A DNA stretch of 64,000 bases from Octopus vulgaris (Eukaryota), in the NCBI GenBank assembly GCA_951406725.2, contig OX597817.1, forward strand, positions 127,658,001 to 127,722,000, in the 5' to 3' direction. The notes below the pieces were generated by a model that was not told the DNA's origin, ran no database searches, and worked only from the letters and a program-made list of their open reading frames with translations. The translations under genes were made by a program, and so were the position numbers. Below, one piece after another: positions 26,401 through 39,580 of the stretch. The stretch's first letter is position 1. Each line of letters begins with the position of its first letter.

Positions 26401-26867
26401 TTTCAGATATAGTGTATCTACAACTACAATTTCTCTTGTGTCCTTCTTTTCATAAAATGATAGGTTATTATAAAGAGATTTATGTGATATTTACAACAAT
26501 TTTAGCTAAGGCGTAACAGTTTCTTCGTCGGCTCGGTTAAGTTGGGTAAACTTGTGCGATTATTGTCATGTTGTATGGAATTCGAAACTTCAAATGACTT
26601 GAATTTTTTTTTTCCGGATTCAGAGAAATGCTTTAACGATGATCTAGAGACTGTCAAGGTGAATGACACTTATAAGTTTTCATGGGATTCCTCCATAGAA
26701 ATTGATAGTATTATCGAAGCAAAGTGACAAGATATGGTTGTAGAAGAGACAGAACAAGTCGTGTAAGATCAATGATTTTGCATTTCCGTGATGTTTTAAA
26801 GGTAAGGGAACATGTTGACATCTGAAGGCAATATTTCTGCGGGAAGGATTAACATGTTTTTAATGTA

Positions 26868-26899
<32 letters not shown>

Positions 26900-26922
26900 T
26901 TAATAATAATATTAATAATAAT

Positions 26923-26990
<68 letters not shown>

Positions 26991-26991
<1 letters not shown>

Positions 26992-28878
26992 TGATAGCCA
27001 AAACTGTACTTAGAGACTACAAGAGGAGGAAAAGTAACTTAGACATGTCATGAATCGACTATCGTTAGGCGTATGATATGATCCCACATTCTTGGATTAT
27101 GGAGTGTATGAACCTATTTAGTATTGCATTGAATGTTGAGCGATTGCTTGGAAAAAGTATGGCGAATTGGAGGACGGACCTGACAGCATATGGAAGAAGT
27201 TTAGGGACAGTAGAAATTAGGAGGGACATCTTCCAAGGAGAACGCCTGTCCCCACTGATCTTTGTACTGTGCTTGATACCACTAACACTGATTCTGAGCA
27301 AAAGCTGGGTATATATTCAGAAGCCGCCAACAAAAAGTCAACCATTTGTTATTCATGGATGACCTCAAACTTTATGGCGAAGATGAAGCCCAAGCCAATT
27401 CCCTCATTGATACGGTGTATAGCTTCAGTGCTGATATCAGAATGGAGTTCGGACTGAGAAAGCGTGATGTATTAGTCATGAAGAAAGGGAAAATCAAGTG
27501 CATGAACGGGCTAACGAAACCGTCGGAGAAAGTTATGAAATAGATAGAATAGACGGGCTATAAGTTCATGGGGATTTTGGAAATAGATAAATTGATGGAG
27601 AAAGAAATGACAGAAAAATTTAAGGCGGAATAGACTGAGACTGATCCTTAAGTCGAAATTAAACGGACGGGTTAAGATCGAAGCTATCAACATCTGAGTG
27701 GTTTCACTTCTTAGATATGGAGCAGGGGTAATCGCATGGATAGTAGACGAACTAAACTACTTAGACAGAAAGACAAGGAAGTTGCTAACTAGATATGGGT
27801 CACTCCACCCAAAAAGTGACATAGACAGACTGTATATACCAAGAAAAAGAAGGGGAAGGGGAATTTCTTGAGTGCCAGTACAGTATTAGAACAGAAGAAA
27901 ACAACATAGCATGGTATGTAAAAAATGCCACCGAACTGCTATTATTAGAAATAAGAAGGTCATGCTTGTGTAGGATGAAAGATTGCAAAGATGAAGCACT
28001 ATACAAGAAATTGAAAACAAATGAAACTGAAAATAGGTGGGTAAAGAAAAGAATGCAAGGTCAATTTTATAGGGATGTTGAAGATAAGACAGACAGAGAA
28101 AAAAGATATATGTGGATGACTAAAAGTGATTTAAAACCGGAAACGGAGGCTCTAATCTGTGCTGCCCAAGAGCAAGTACTAAGAACAAACTACATAAAAT
28201 ACAGAATAGACTGCACAGCAGAAAGTGATATGTGTAGAACCTGTGGACAAAGCAGTGAAACCGTATTTCATATTACCAGCCAATGTACGCCACTTGCCCA
28301 GAAGGAATATAAGAGAGCCGTGACAATATAGCCAGGCTTGTCCATTGGACACTTTGCAACAAGTATAGACTTGACAGAGCAAAAAATTGGTACGACCACA
28401 ATTGTGAAGGCATCGTCGAAAATAGAAATGCAAAAATCTTATGGGATTTTATGATTCAGTGCGACTATGAGATAGAGAATAGGAAGCCGGTTATAGTCTT
28501 AATTGAGAAAGAGAACAAACTATACTGGATCATAGATATAGTATGCCCAGCTGACAACAAGTTATGCGATTAGGAAGAAAGAAAAGTCGATAGATATGAC
28601 AGGTTAGCATGGGAAATTAAGCAGTTGTGACAGATGAAAAAGGTAGCAGTAGTACCAATAATTGTCGGAGCCTTGGAAACAGTGAGCAAAAATCTCGAGA
28701 AGTACGTGGAACAAATAGGGGCTGCAATAAGGGTGGAGCACTTGCAGAAAGCAGCACCGCTTGGAGCTGCTCGAATACTCCGAAAGGTTCTCGAAAAATA
28801 AGAGGTGTTACTTTAGTTCACTGGTATTGAACAGCTAACACAGTAGTGCACCTCCAGCGTTAGAATCTATGCAAAGGC

Positions 28879-28880
<2 letters not shown>
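26991..28880 (+). mobile_element. 5'-truncated R4/Dong-like non-LTR retrotransposon (RT, CCHC, RLE), pseudogenised, in (TAA)n
   Basis: AYDMIPHSW, IFQGERLSPLIF, LFMDDLKLY, AAQEQVLRTNY, CRTC..ETVFHITSQC, KILWDF..KP.IVLI; (TAA)n on both sides, the known Dong target. Confidence 0.9.
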
Positions 28881-28956
<76 letters not shown>

Positions 28957-29599
28957 TAGAGCAAAAGAGTGATGAATATTAGTTAATTATATTAACCAAG
29001 AAAATGGCTGAAAAAAATACCAGGCAGAGTTGGCCTTGGTGAGTGCATGACAAGTGACAACCATTAACGATTTTGTATGTTGCTTCCAAAGACGTTTTAA
29101 GCCAGCTGGTAATCAAATATTCTAATGCCTTTTTGGCGAGGGGGAGTGAATGAAGGAATCCTGATTTCCAAATAAAGCAGAAAGCTATAAATGCATAAAC
29201 CAAAGGGGGTGGGGTATACATAAATTCTGGCAGCTCTTGTCAGCATCATACTTTTTCCTATCCTAAATTTGAAACGGTAACGTCGACTTAGAAATTTAAA
29301 TTAATGAATTAAATGCAGGAAATGTAATAACACAACGCTTTCCATAGAATGCCTTTCTTATGCTACTCATTGGCTCTTACAAATACCAGTTAATGTACAG
29401 AAGAGACATCTGGTAACAGTGCAGGTGTTGAAGGGAAATTAGTAAATAGCATTTATAATGGAATATTATGGTTTTTATTTGGGAAAATAGTGACGGACTA
29501 CATCGAGGCTTCTCAACGATTTTCTATCTATTAATGTCTTAAATAAATATGAAAGAGAGAACCACACACACACACACACACAAGCGCGCGTACACACGC

Positions 29600-29637
<38 letters not shown>

Positions 29638-29638
29638 G

Positions 29639-29687
<49 letters not shown>

Positions 29688-29688
<1 letters not shown>

Positions 29689-29889
29689 CCGCGTGTGTAC
29701 CGTTGGCGATTTTTTCCTTCCTCTGTCTTCCCTTCTCTGGATCTTTCCTTCTCCTATGTTTCCGACGAAGAGCTCCGCTCGAAACGTTAAGCCCTCCTTC
29801 TCCCCTTCCTTCCTGAGCGTCCAATAATACTATATTTGTTCCAGGCCCTCGCGTTGTTGTGTTTGCTCTTTGTGTTTTCATGTTTGGAT

Positions 29890-29893
<4 letters not shown>
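29688..29893 (+). mobile_element. ~205 bp HHR-bearing non-autonomous element (solo pLTR-like)
   Basis: gttt-CCGACGA-a-gagc(tcc)gctc-GAAA-cg-TT-aagc at 29758-29792; ends ...ttggattaac(TA)n; related copies at 38668-39090 and 44718-44880. Confidence 0.7.
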
Positions 29894-29938
<45 letters not shown>

Positions 29939-29969
29939 ATATTTCTATATATAAAAAAACAATAATGAT

Positions 29970-30395
29970 TGGAGGCGACTGGCAGAATCGTGTGCATGCT
30001 AGCAAAAATGCTTATCGGCATTCCGTTCGGATTTACGTTCGGATTTAATATTCCGTCGAGGTCGGCTTTGACTTTCATCTTTATGGTGTCGATAAAATAA
30101 GTAACAGTTGAGCACTGGGGACGATGTAATCGGCACTCTCCTCCCCGAACTTACTGGTCTTGTGCCAATATTTTTATTATAGGAAAAAAACCCAGAAAAA
30201 TATTGGCCATGAGCTGGCAGAACCGTTAACATGCCGGCCTTAGAAGCATTTTGTCCATCTTTATGTTCTGAGTTAAAATTCCACCGAGGTCGACTTTGCT
30301 CTTCATCCTTTCGGGTTCGATAAAATGAGTACCAATTGAGTACATAGTGTCGGTGTAATCGATTTACTGGCCTTGTGCCAAAATTTGAAGCCAAT
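29970..30395 (+). mobile_element. Two tandem copies of the same SINE
   Basis: ctggcagaa..gtt heads at ~29972 and ~30210, with the gaggtcgactttg core and ccttgtgcca tails. Confidence 0.78.
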
Positions 30396-31059
30396 ATTTA
30401 TATCAAAATTTGGGTTGTTAAGTGAAGTAAACATCAAACATGTACGATGATGAAACGGATACAATACGGTATGCAGCGTAGAATGTTGATTTCAAGTTTT
30501 GCTTCAGTTGAATACGTCTCATGGTTAGAGAAATATAATGCAAAACACTTGTGGAGGGAATTTTTGTTTAGAAAAGAAATTCCGTAAGATCCTAAAGTAC
30601 TAAGTTGTCACGTTTTTTTTTATATGGTATTGTTTGGCGTGTAAAATAATTTTCAAAATGTGTTATAGCTGAATGTTAGAATGTTTTAAATTCCTATGTG
30701 CATGGAAAACATGTTGATGTTTTTTTCTATTCAGGTTATTAAAATAGAGTTCTTGCTGAGCAAATGGATTTCTAAATGAATTTCAGGATAATCTTATATG
30801 TGAAAGTGAAGGTTCTGCGCGCAGTATATCAATTATTTTGCATGCGTCTTCCTTGCAACGGACATAAAATTCTATTAACAATGTTTGCAGTTACATGTGT
30901 TTTGGATGATCTACTAAATATTTGGCTTCGATCAGTTGGACATTCCAACAATTTAAGAAGAGTTATAGACGCACGGATAGGAATCTCTGTTATTTTGTTT
31001 GAGAATGGAGTTGAAATATATATATATATATAAACTTATTTATGTATAATATACAGATA

Positions 31060-31229
31060 GTCGCAGGCATGGCTATGTGCAAAGACATTTGGTTCCCATC
31101 CACATTGTTTCTAGTCCAGTCCCACGGCGTGGCACTTTGGGACTTTGGGCAAGTATCTTGTACAATAACCTCAGGCCGATCAAACCATTGCGAATGAATT
31201 TGGTAAAGGAAAACTGAAAGAAACCCATC

Positions 31230-31232
<3 letters not shown>
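31060..31232 (+). mobile_element. Second tRNA-derived SINE family, 5' part
   Basis: cgcaggcatggctatgtg..cagtcccacggcgtggcactttgg..; homologous to the minus-strand copy at 49630-49789. Confidence 0.7.
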
Positions 31233-31276
<44 letters not shown>

Positions 31277-31692
31277 AATTGTCGGCTCTCTATCTACACT
31301 TCAATTCGAGTATTCAACAACTGTATGAATCTTCAATGACAGTGGAGACATACCGAACGAGACATAAAACAAACATACAGGTGTACACACATACGTGTGT
31401 GCATACAGATACACAAGTGCATAATTAGCGGAGTTCCCACTTAGAAAACCACCCCCAAAAATCTGTGAGATTTTTTGTGTGTTTTGTGTGTTTGTGTGTG
31501 TGTGTGCGTACGTGTGTGTGTATGTGTGTATGTGCATGGATTTGTACATATGCATGTTTTTATGCTTGGTATTGATACTACAAGGTCGTAAGAATTCAGT
31601 TTACAAGAAATAAGGTTAAATATATTTTCTTCATCAAGGGCAGACTGATCTTGTAAGAATCATTATTCTCTCTTCTCTCTCGCCCCCCTCTC

Positions 31693-31768
<76 letters not shown>

Positions 31769-32650
31769 CATACTTACATACACATGAATTGAGAGAGAGA
31801 AAGTGTGTGTGTGTGTAATGACACTTATGAGACCAGTCTGTGTGTGTATGTGTATAGGTGCGCTATGCATAAGAAGGAACTCATCTTCGGGAAAATGTAT
31901 AGACCCGAATTTAAGGTAAAAATTATTCATCAACTGGATTGAAGCAGAGATCCCCTGATTACTACTTGATTATTTAACCAGTTATGTTTTCTTCATAAAA
32001 TACATATATATTCGTCAGCCCACACAAATAAACTTACTCAGATAAATACTTAAAATTACAAGTTTAAGTTTAATGAGCAGTGGCCTCCAAACGGCTACGT
32101 GCGGATTTTGTGATTAGGGGAACTGCATGCTTTTGAGTTTGTAACTGCATAAGGTTCTTAAGATGCATGAAGAAAGTCATCTTGACACGAGGTGTTGAGA
32201 ATTCAATTTCAAGCCAGAATAGTGATATATTACCTCTTCTGTTCTGTGGGGAAATTTATTTTTTATTTGCTTCTTTATTTGTTGCAGAAAGAGTGGATTT
32301 TCTACGAATTTCTTTTCTTCCTGTCTTCAAAATATTAACATTAATGAAAGGCAAGTACTCGACACTTTCACCAGTTAAGAATTCAAATACCATAATACTA
32401 ACCTTGGCGAATATTCACAAAGAGGAAATGGACATTTGTAGTTGAGGACTAGTGAAGCTTTAAGTTCGAAAACATTGCTATATGGCACAAACACGCATTA
32501 TCTTTCGTTTCAACACCATATGTGTGCGACCGTACGCACACAAAAGCATACAAACATTCACACTTACTTATAAATATGTGTGTAGGGGTATATGTGTTTA
32601 TATGTGAGAGTGAAAGGTAATATTTCTCTGACGTATTAAAAGTTTTGTAG

Positions 32651-32915
32651 AATTCAGAAGACCAGCATTTTCTATGGCTTCATTGAAAAGATATTTAAGA
32701 AAGCTGGAGAAAGAATGGTTGAAATCCTATCTGAAACTCTTTTATATCTCGGAGAAATGAGAGAACGTTTGCAGTCCATTATGGGTCTCTCATTGTCACG
32801 GTTAACAGACACTATCTTCGCTTTGCATCCCGAACTTCATAAGTATGCGCCCTTTTGTGACTGGTACTTGACACATTGTGCACAAATTGAGAGTATATTA
32901 TTTGAAAAAGAATGA
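32651..32915 (+). CDS. Candidate terminal host exon, product unknown
   Basis: gttttgtag acceptor; open frame IQKTSIFYGFIEKIF...ESILFEKE* with globular-protein-like composition. Confidence 0.35.
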
Positions 32916-32941
32916 ACAAGCCTCATATATAAATATATATG

Positions 32942-32976
<35 letters not shown>

Positions 32977-33093
32977 ACATATGTTTATATATATACATGT
33001 ATGTGTGTGCAGTTTATGGATTAGTGATAGGTAATCTCTGTATAGAATACACTTCGTAGTGCTCAAGAGATTTTAACTTGAACAGGTAGAGGA

Positions 33094-33374
33094 GTAAATG
33101 TAAGGACAAGCAAGTTTGGCAAGTCGATATACAAAAAAAATATTTAAAACTTTTAATACAAAAAATGTACATAGGTGTACATATAAAAAAGTTAGTTCGA
33201 CCTACACAGAAGAGAAATGATATCAGGAATTCCTGATATCATTTCTATTCTGTGTAAGTCAAACTTTTTATATGTACATGTATGTATATTTTTTGCATTA
33301 AAAGTTTTTAATATTTTTTGTAGATCGACTTGTCTAACTTGTTTGTCCTAACATATCTTGTCCTTACATTTACT
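33094..33374. repeat. Degenerate palindrome centred on ggaattcc
   Basis: gaaatgatatcagg/cctgatatcatttc centre; outer agtaaatgtaaggacaag/cttgtccttacatttact. Confidence 0.75.
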
Positions 33375-33406
<32 letters not shown>

Positions 33407-33489
33407 TGTATGTATGTATGTATGTATGTATATATGTATGTATGCATGTATGCATGCATGTATGTATACACTCACACATACACTCACAT

Positions 33490-33988
33490 ATCCTCCATTC
33501 AACAAGAACAATGCCCGATGTCCGGATTCCGCCAAATTGTTTACTCAAATTAGTGACGTTGCTATTCAGGTACGTTACATACAAGACCAACTTACCACAC
33601 ATAGTCACTCTCACCCACTTACCCGAACTGGCTGGAGTTCTCGATTAAACAAAAAAGATTCTGTAAGCAGTAGCCCTTTGGAAAAAAGCCTCAAACCTTC
33701 GCTGACCACACTAAACACCCTTAAGCAATCCCCTCCAAATTTTTCTTCTTCCACCCGACAATATGCTTTCCAACCGCTTACACACAAACTCCATGTAAGG
33801 AAATCCTGATTGGTGCTTCAAATAAACAAGGCCATCGTCGGTAACACTCCTTTGCAATACACTTAATGAGCTCCAGAACAAGCTCGTATTCTGAGCAAAC
33901 TCTTACCTTTCACTCTCTAAACTAATACATCTGTTTGTTGTTCACACACCCGTCTTTGTCTTTTTGCTTTTTTTTTGTAAATTCTCAC

Positions 33989-33990
<2 letters not shown>
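33490..33990 (+). mobile_element. Possible decayed PLE terminal fragment
   Basis: Unique C-rich block between microsatellites, ending ttttgtaaattctcac followed by a TA/TGTA repeat, like the other PLE termini here. Confidence 0.3.
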
Positions 33991-34020
<30 letters not shown>

Positions 34021-35290
34021 TTTGTGTATGTATGTATATATGTATAAGTATGTATCATATATCTATATGCATGTATGTATATATCTATATGTCTGTGTGT
34101 GTGTATGAATACATTTATGTATGTATATATGTATGTATATATTAGTGTATCAAATAAATTATTGTGATCTCACACAATATGCCAATTGGCAAAAGAAATT
34201 CAAGAAAGTGAGGCCTGTATGAAAATGCAGGAGGTTGCAACATCGATGAAATTGTCCCCATCCCCCATGCTACAATCCAACATAAAGTGGGTCCAGGCCA
34301 TATGATATTATTTCAGATATTTACTTTGCATCATGCCTTCTAAGTCCAACATGACCAGTATGGCAGTATTTTACATCCAGCACAGGTTGCCTCCACTGGC
34401 TTGCTGCCGCTAAATTTAAAGCTGTGAAGATGGGAGTTAACTATTAAAATGAAATGCGAACAAGCGACTAATCACACGTTCACACACTCACACAAAACAT
34501 TTACTCTTAACGTGCATATGTAACTATTATTTGATAACCATTGATTCCTCTGAGCTTATACGCCCTTCATATGCTTTGTTTCTCATTCTGTAGCATGTTG
34601 GAAATCAAGAAGATATCTTGATGAAATTGCTAGTGTGGTCACCGATGGCCTGACCAAGCAATAGGGCTACACTAATTTACATGTTACTGTATTTTGGTCA
34701 ATATTATGACCTGCCATAATGTAAATAAATGTATATCTGCGCATGCGTGTGCAAGTGTGCGTCTATTTCGGTATGTTTATGCTATTTATCCCGATGCTAG
34801 CATTCATTAAACTTACAAAGTTTTCGCTTATATATGGTGTGTAAACATACTGTAATATTCATAAATTCCCGACAGAGCTCTTTATTACTTACATCACAGT
34901 CGTTTAGTTAAAAACCTAATGAAACCTCTTCAGGGAAAACTCTTCGAAATAACTAAATATACACCTGCTACATATTTTGGTCTTTCTGTAGACGTCGTTC
35001 TCTAGAAGTCGAGGATTTATAGTAGGCAACAAAAAATTTCAAATTATCTTTCATTTTTGGTGTGAATCTAAATATATATTTCAAACATCCATCAGTCAGA
35101 ATTAATGAAACGAAATTTGATGCTTGATGAAACTATTATATAATGATCTGAATAAATCTTTCAATTGAATACAATTGAATTGGAAAAAAATAACAAGCGT
35201 TTAACGATGTTTCATCATGATTCAACTAGACTATCATCACATCTATCTATCTATCTCTCTGTCTTTCTGTCTGTATTATGTATACATGTT

Positions 35291-35347
<57 letters not shown>

Positions 35348-35348
35348 C

Positions 35349-35677
35349 TGCAGCGTGGAAGGTGTTTATAAGCCATTTAAGAAACACACAAAAGCCGTTC
35401 GATTCACTTCAACATTTAAGTTTAATTTGTCAAAATATTTTCGTCGCTAAAATCCGCGACCTGTTCACTGACAAAAATCCGTGCTGCATTTTTGTCAGTG
35501 AACAGGTCGCGGATTTTAGCGACGAAAATATTTTGACAAATTAAACTTAAATGTTGAAGTGAATCGAACGGCTTTTGTGTGTTTCTTAAATGGCTTATAA
35601 ACACCTCCCACGCTGCAATTGTTTTCGTTTCAGCACACGATCTCAGATCAAATTACTTGCTATGCGAGTACATCTCC

Positions 35678-35678
<1 letters not shown>
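35349..35678. mobile_element. Near-perfect hairpin (130 bp arms, 9-nt loop) plus 60 bp tail in (TA)n, with an HHR variant in each arm
   Basis: 35349-35478 versus 35488-35617, one mismatch seen. Confidence 0.85.
35491..35540 (+). ncRNA. Type I hammerhead with G3-C8 core variant (mirror copy on the minus strand at 35426-35475)
   Basis: tttgtca-GTGAACA-g-gtcgc(ggatttta)gcgac-GAAA-atat-TT-tgacaaa; 7-bp stem I and palindromic stem III. Confidence 0.7.
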
Positions 35679-35725
<47 letters not shown>

Positions 35726-35760
35726 GTATGTGTGTGTGTGTATGTGTGTGTGTATGTATA

Positions 35761-36912
35761 TTAGGTTGCCAAGTATGAAATTTGCAGAAAAGAAAAAAGT
35801 TTGCTAATATTTTATAAAAACAAGGAGTAGTTTTATTCACCAAAGTATGCACCCATATTGTCAATACACATTTGCCATTTCAGCGGTAGCTTGTCCAACC
35901 CTGAACTATTAAAATCTGGCAATCTAGAGTCAATAAACTCTTGGAAGGGTTGTATTACAGCATTGTCGGAATAAAAATTTTTTTTTCTATCAAAAAGTTA
36001 TGCAAATTCGGGAAAAAGTGGTAGTCAGTGAGGGCAAGATCAGGAGAGTGTGGTGGATAAACCTCCAACTCCAACTCATGTAGATTCGCTAATGTTATTT
36101 TTGTGATGTGGTCTGAGTTGCAATAAAATAGGAGTGGATCTGTTGACTAATCTAAGTTTCTGCATCATTTGGTTCAGTTGGCTGCAGTATACTTCGGCCG
36201 TGATTGATGAGCCAGGTTTAATGAAATCATAATGGCTTACAACTGTGCCAGACCACCAAACACACACCATCAGCTTGTTTTGATGAATTTACATTTTGGA
36301 CTGTATTTTGGTGGCTTGTCTTTGTCCAACCACTGAGATGAACGTTTACGGTTGTTGTATTTCACATCACAATTCGATTCAAAAGTTATTCATCGTTGTG
36401 GCGATAAAGTAGCATAATGCAGGCTTCCAAACGTTGCTGTTTCTGATTATCATTGAGTTGATGTGGAACCCACTTATCCAACTTTTACACTTTACCGATT
36501 TGAACAACGATAATTCACGGGCACTTTGAGATGGATCTGAGTAGACGGTGGCTTTCAGTTCGTCATAATCCACCTTTGTTTCTGGTCGACCGCGTTGCTC
36601 ATTTGTGAAGTCAAAGTTACCAGAACGAAATTTTGCAACTCAATTTGATACTGTCTGCTGTGTAATATCATTAGAATGAAATATTCCATTATTATCCTGA
36701 GGTGTCTGTGATGCTGTATTTCCATGAAAGAACTCATAGCAAATAAATGATTTATAAATACTTTATACGGCGCAAAATAAGTTAGAATAAAGAAACATAG
36801 ATGTGTCAGCTATCTACCAAAAAATAAAGATTGTCAAAATATAGTAAGTGCGCAAAATGAGCAACTGTCAAATTTTACCATATACCCTGCTACAAATTTC
36901 ATACTTGACGAC

Positions 36913-36916
<4 letters not shown>
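35761..36916 (-). mobile_element. Mariner element with TIRs and a degraded transposase
   Basis: TIRs ttaggttgccaagtatgaaatttg / caaatttcatacttgacgaccaaa with TA flanks; KWVPHQL, MVCVWW, PPHSPDLA.TDYHFF. Confidence 0.9.
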
Positions 36917-36950
<34 letters not shown>

Positions 36951-38667
36951 TATATATACATATATATATATATACACACATATATATATGTATATATATA
37001 TGTACATACACACACATACACACACCCGCGCGCACACACATAAACACACACACATATATATATATATTTATATACATACATATATATATAATCTATGTTA
37101 ATATACTTATCGCATATACATACTTGCAAGGCTGGTTAGTGCGCTGTTCGCCCGAAATATCATCTCTCATGGCCTTGCTGTGTTGTAAAACACAATATAA
37201 AGCTGAAGATTTGTCCCGGGTAGCCTGTAGCAAGAACGGCAGACCCATATTGGACTATTTGAGATTTATCAAGAGACTTAACTCACCATCATCTGGCACT
37301 GTACATGTCCGCTGGTGGATTTTGTGTCTCCCTCTGATATATATTGTCCTTTTCAACATTGGTCTTCCATAAGATGTTATTTCTGATGAATACCGCAGTA
37401 ATAGTATATATATATATATATATATAATAGTTTAATAGTGTATATACATTAACCATGATACACAGACGGCTACTTCAATTTAATGCTACTTTAGATGTAT
37501 ATGATAGACAGATGCATGTGTGTATGTATATATACTTAGATACGTAGATACGTTTCGACCAGTAATGGCACAAGCCAAATATGTGAGCGCGTGTGTGTGT
37601 GCACGTGTATATACGTACGTATATATATATATATATGTATATACATGTACATGCGTGCACACATACGCATGCATAAATATATGTATACGTTTGTAGCGTA
37701 TGGAGATGAAGTTAGATTTATATGGATATATTTCGCATATCATTTCCTATCGAATAATTGTAGGGACTTTGATTTGCTTGCATTAACGTGTGAAAATTCC
37801 TCAAGTGTGTGATATCATATTCATAAAATTCCGAACGAAGTGAGGCGCATACAAAAGCGTACGCAATCACAGATATATGTACATACAAATGGTATATACA
37901 TATAAACATGCATTCTTAGAAACAAAGGGAAGGATGTGTACACACCTGTATAGTCCTTCAAGTATTATCTATATGAATTTCAATATCTAAGGCATAATAA
38001 TAAACCGCAAATACAAGGACATACACACATACCCACAAACACACACACACACACGCACATACACAGAAACTCACACATTTACACATACATGTATGTATAT
38101 GTATATATGTGATATGTACGAATGGGATTGTACAAATATGCGTGTGCTACATGAATTCTGTATGTATAGATATATACTCATATCTAACTACATACATATA
38201 TAGGGGTGTGGGGGCGTGTGTATATGTGTGTGTGTATAACTAGCTAAAGTAGCTGATTTTAAAATCTCTGAAAGAGATGCAAGTGGTAACGATGCCTAAG
38301 CAGTAATATGTGTTGCTACTTCTGCGCGATTGTTCTATGCAGAACTAAGTTACGAGATTTTAACCTCAGGGAAACATTTTTTCTAGCTGGTTAACGACAC
38401 ACAACCTGTGTCTGATATATTGCGATTAAGAGAGCGAACCACTCCTCTTTGCCTTTCCTTTGGATAACATCGGTGGCGTGGAGAGGGAGAGATCGTATGC
38501 AAGGGCGACTGCTCGTATTCCAAAAACAACCTTACCCGGACTTACGCTTCGATTGGTACCTTTTTAGTTGCAATCCCATGGTCATACATACATTCATACA
38601 TACACACATGCATGCATACATACATACATACATACATACATACATACACACATACATACATACATAC

Positions 38668-39090
38668 ATACGTAAAGTTAATTCAAACATGAAAACACAA
38701 AGAGAAACACAACAACGCGAGGACATGGAACAAGTATAGTGCTATTGGACGCTCAAGAAAGGAAAGAAAGAAGGATGATTTAATGTTTCGTGCAGAGCTG
38801 TTCGTTAGAAACACAGGAAAAGGAAAGATCCAAGGAAGGGAAGACGGAGGAAAAGAAATCGCCAACGATACACACGCGGTCACACATACATATATATGTG
38901 TATCGTTGGCAATTTTCCTCCTCCGTCTTCCCTTCCTTTGGACTTCCCTCTACTTCTGACGAAGAGTTTAGCTCGAAACGTTAAATCTTCTTACCTTCCT
39001 TCCCTGAGCGTCTTATAATACAGTACTTGTACCACGCCCTCGCGTTATTGTTTTTCGTCTGTTCTTCTTTGTTTGTTTGTTTGGATTCAC
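38668..39090. mobile_element. Head-to-head inverted pair of the same ~205 bp HHR element
   Basis: Minus copy ~38668-38882 and plus copy ~38897-39090; the plus copy has canonical CTGACGA-a-gagt..gctc-GAAA-cg-TT at 38956-38982. Confidence 0.72.
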
Positions 39091-39142
<52 letters not shown>

Positions 39143-39147
<5 letters not shown>

Positions 39148-39532
39148 TGGGAAAACAAAATTTCCAAATCAATCAGGTGCAACCCTTTAGCTTTATATGC
39201 ATCTACACATCGTACTTTTCGGTCTTATTTATCTTATATTTATATATTTATATATAAATATACAAAGCATTTGATAAAAGTCAATGTTAATTCAATTTTT
39301 TGGTATTAATCGATATGCGGGTTGTTTATTTCAGATAATACAAAAATAACCTAATGAGTACATCAGACAGTAAACACATGGTATCAGTTTGCACATCACA
39401 AAGTAATACTTAAAGGATATAACCAAAATTTTCAGCAGGTTATATGATATATTTCGTTAATTATATCTTACTTTAGTTAATACTTACATTTATTAAATAT
39501 GAAGGAACTACACGTTTCAGTATTGGAAGATT

Positions 39533-39580
<48 letters not shown>

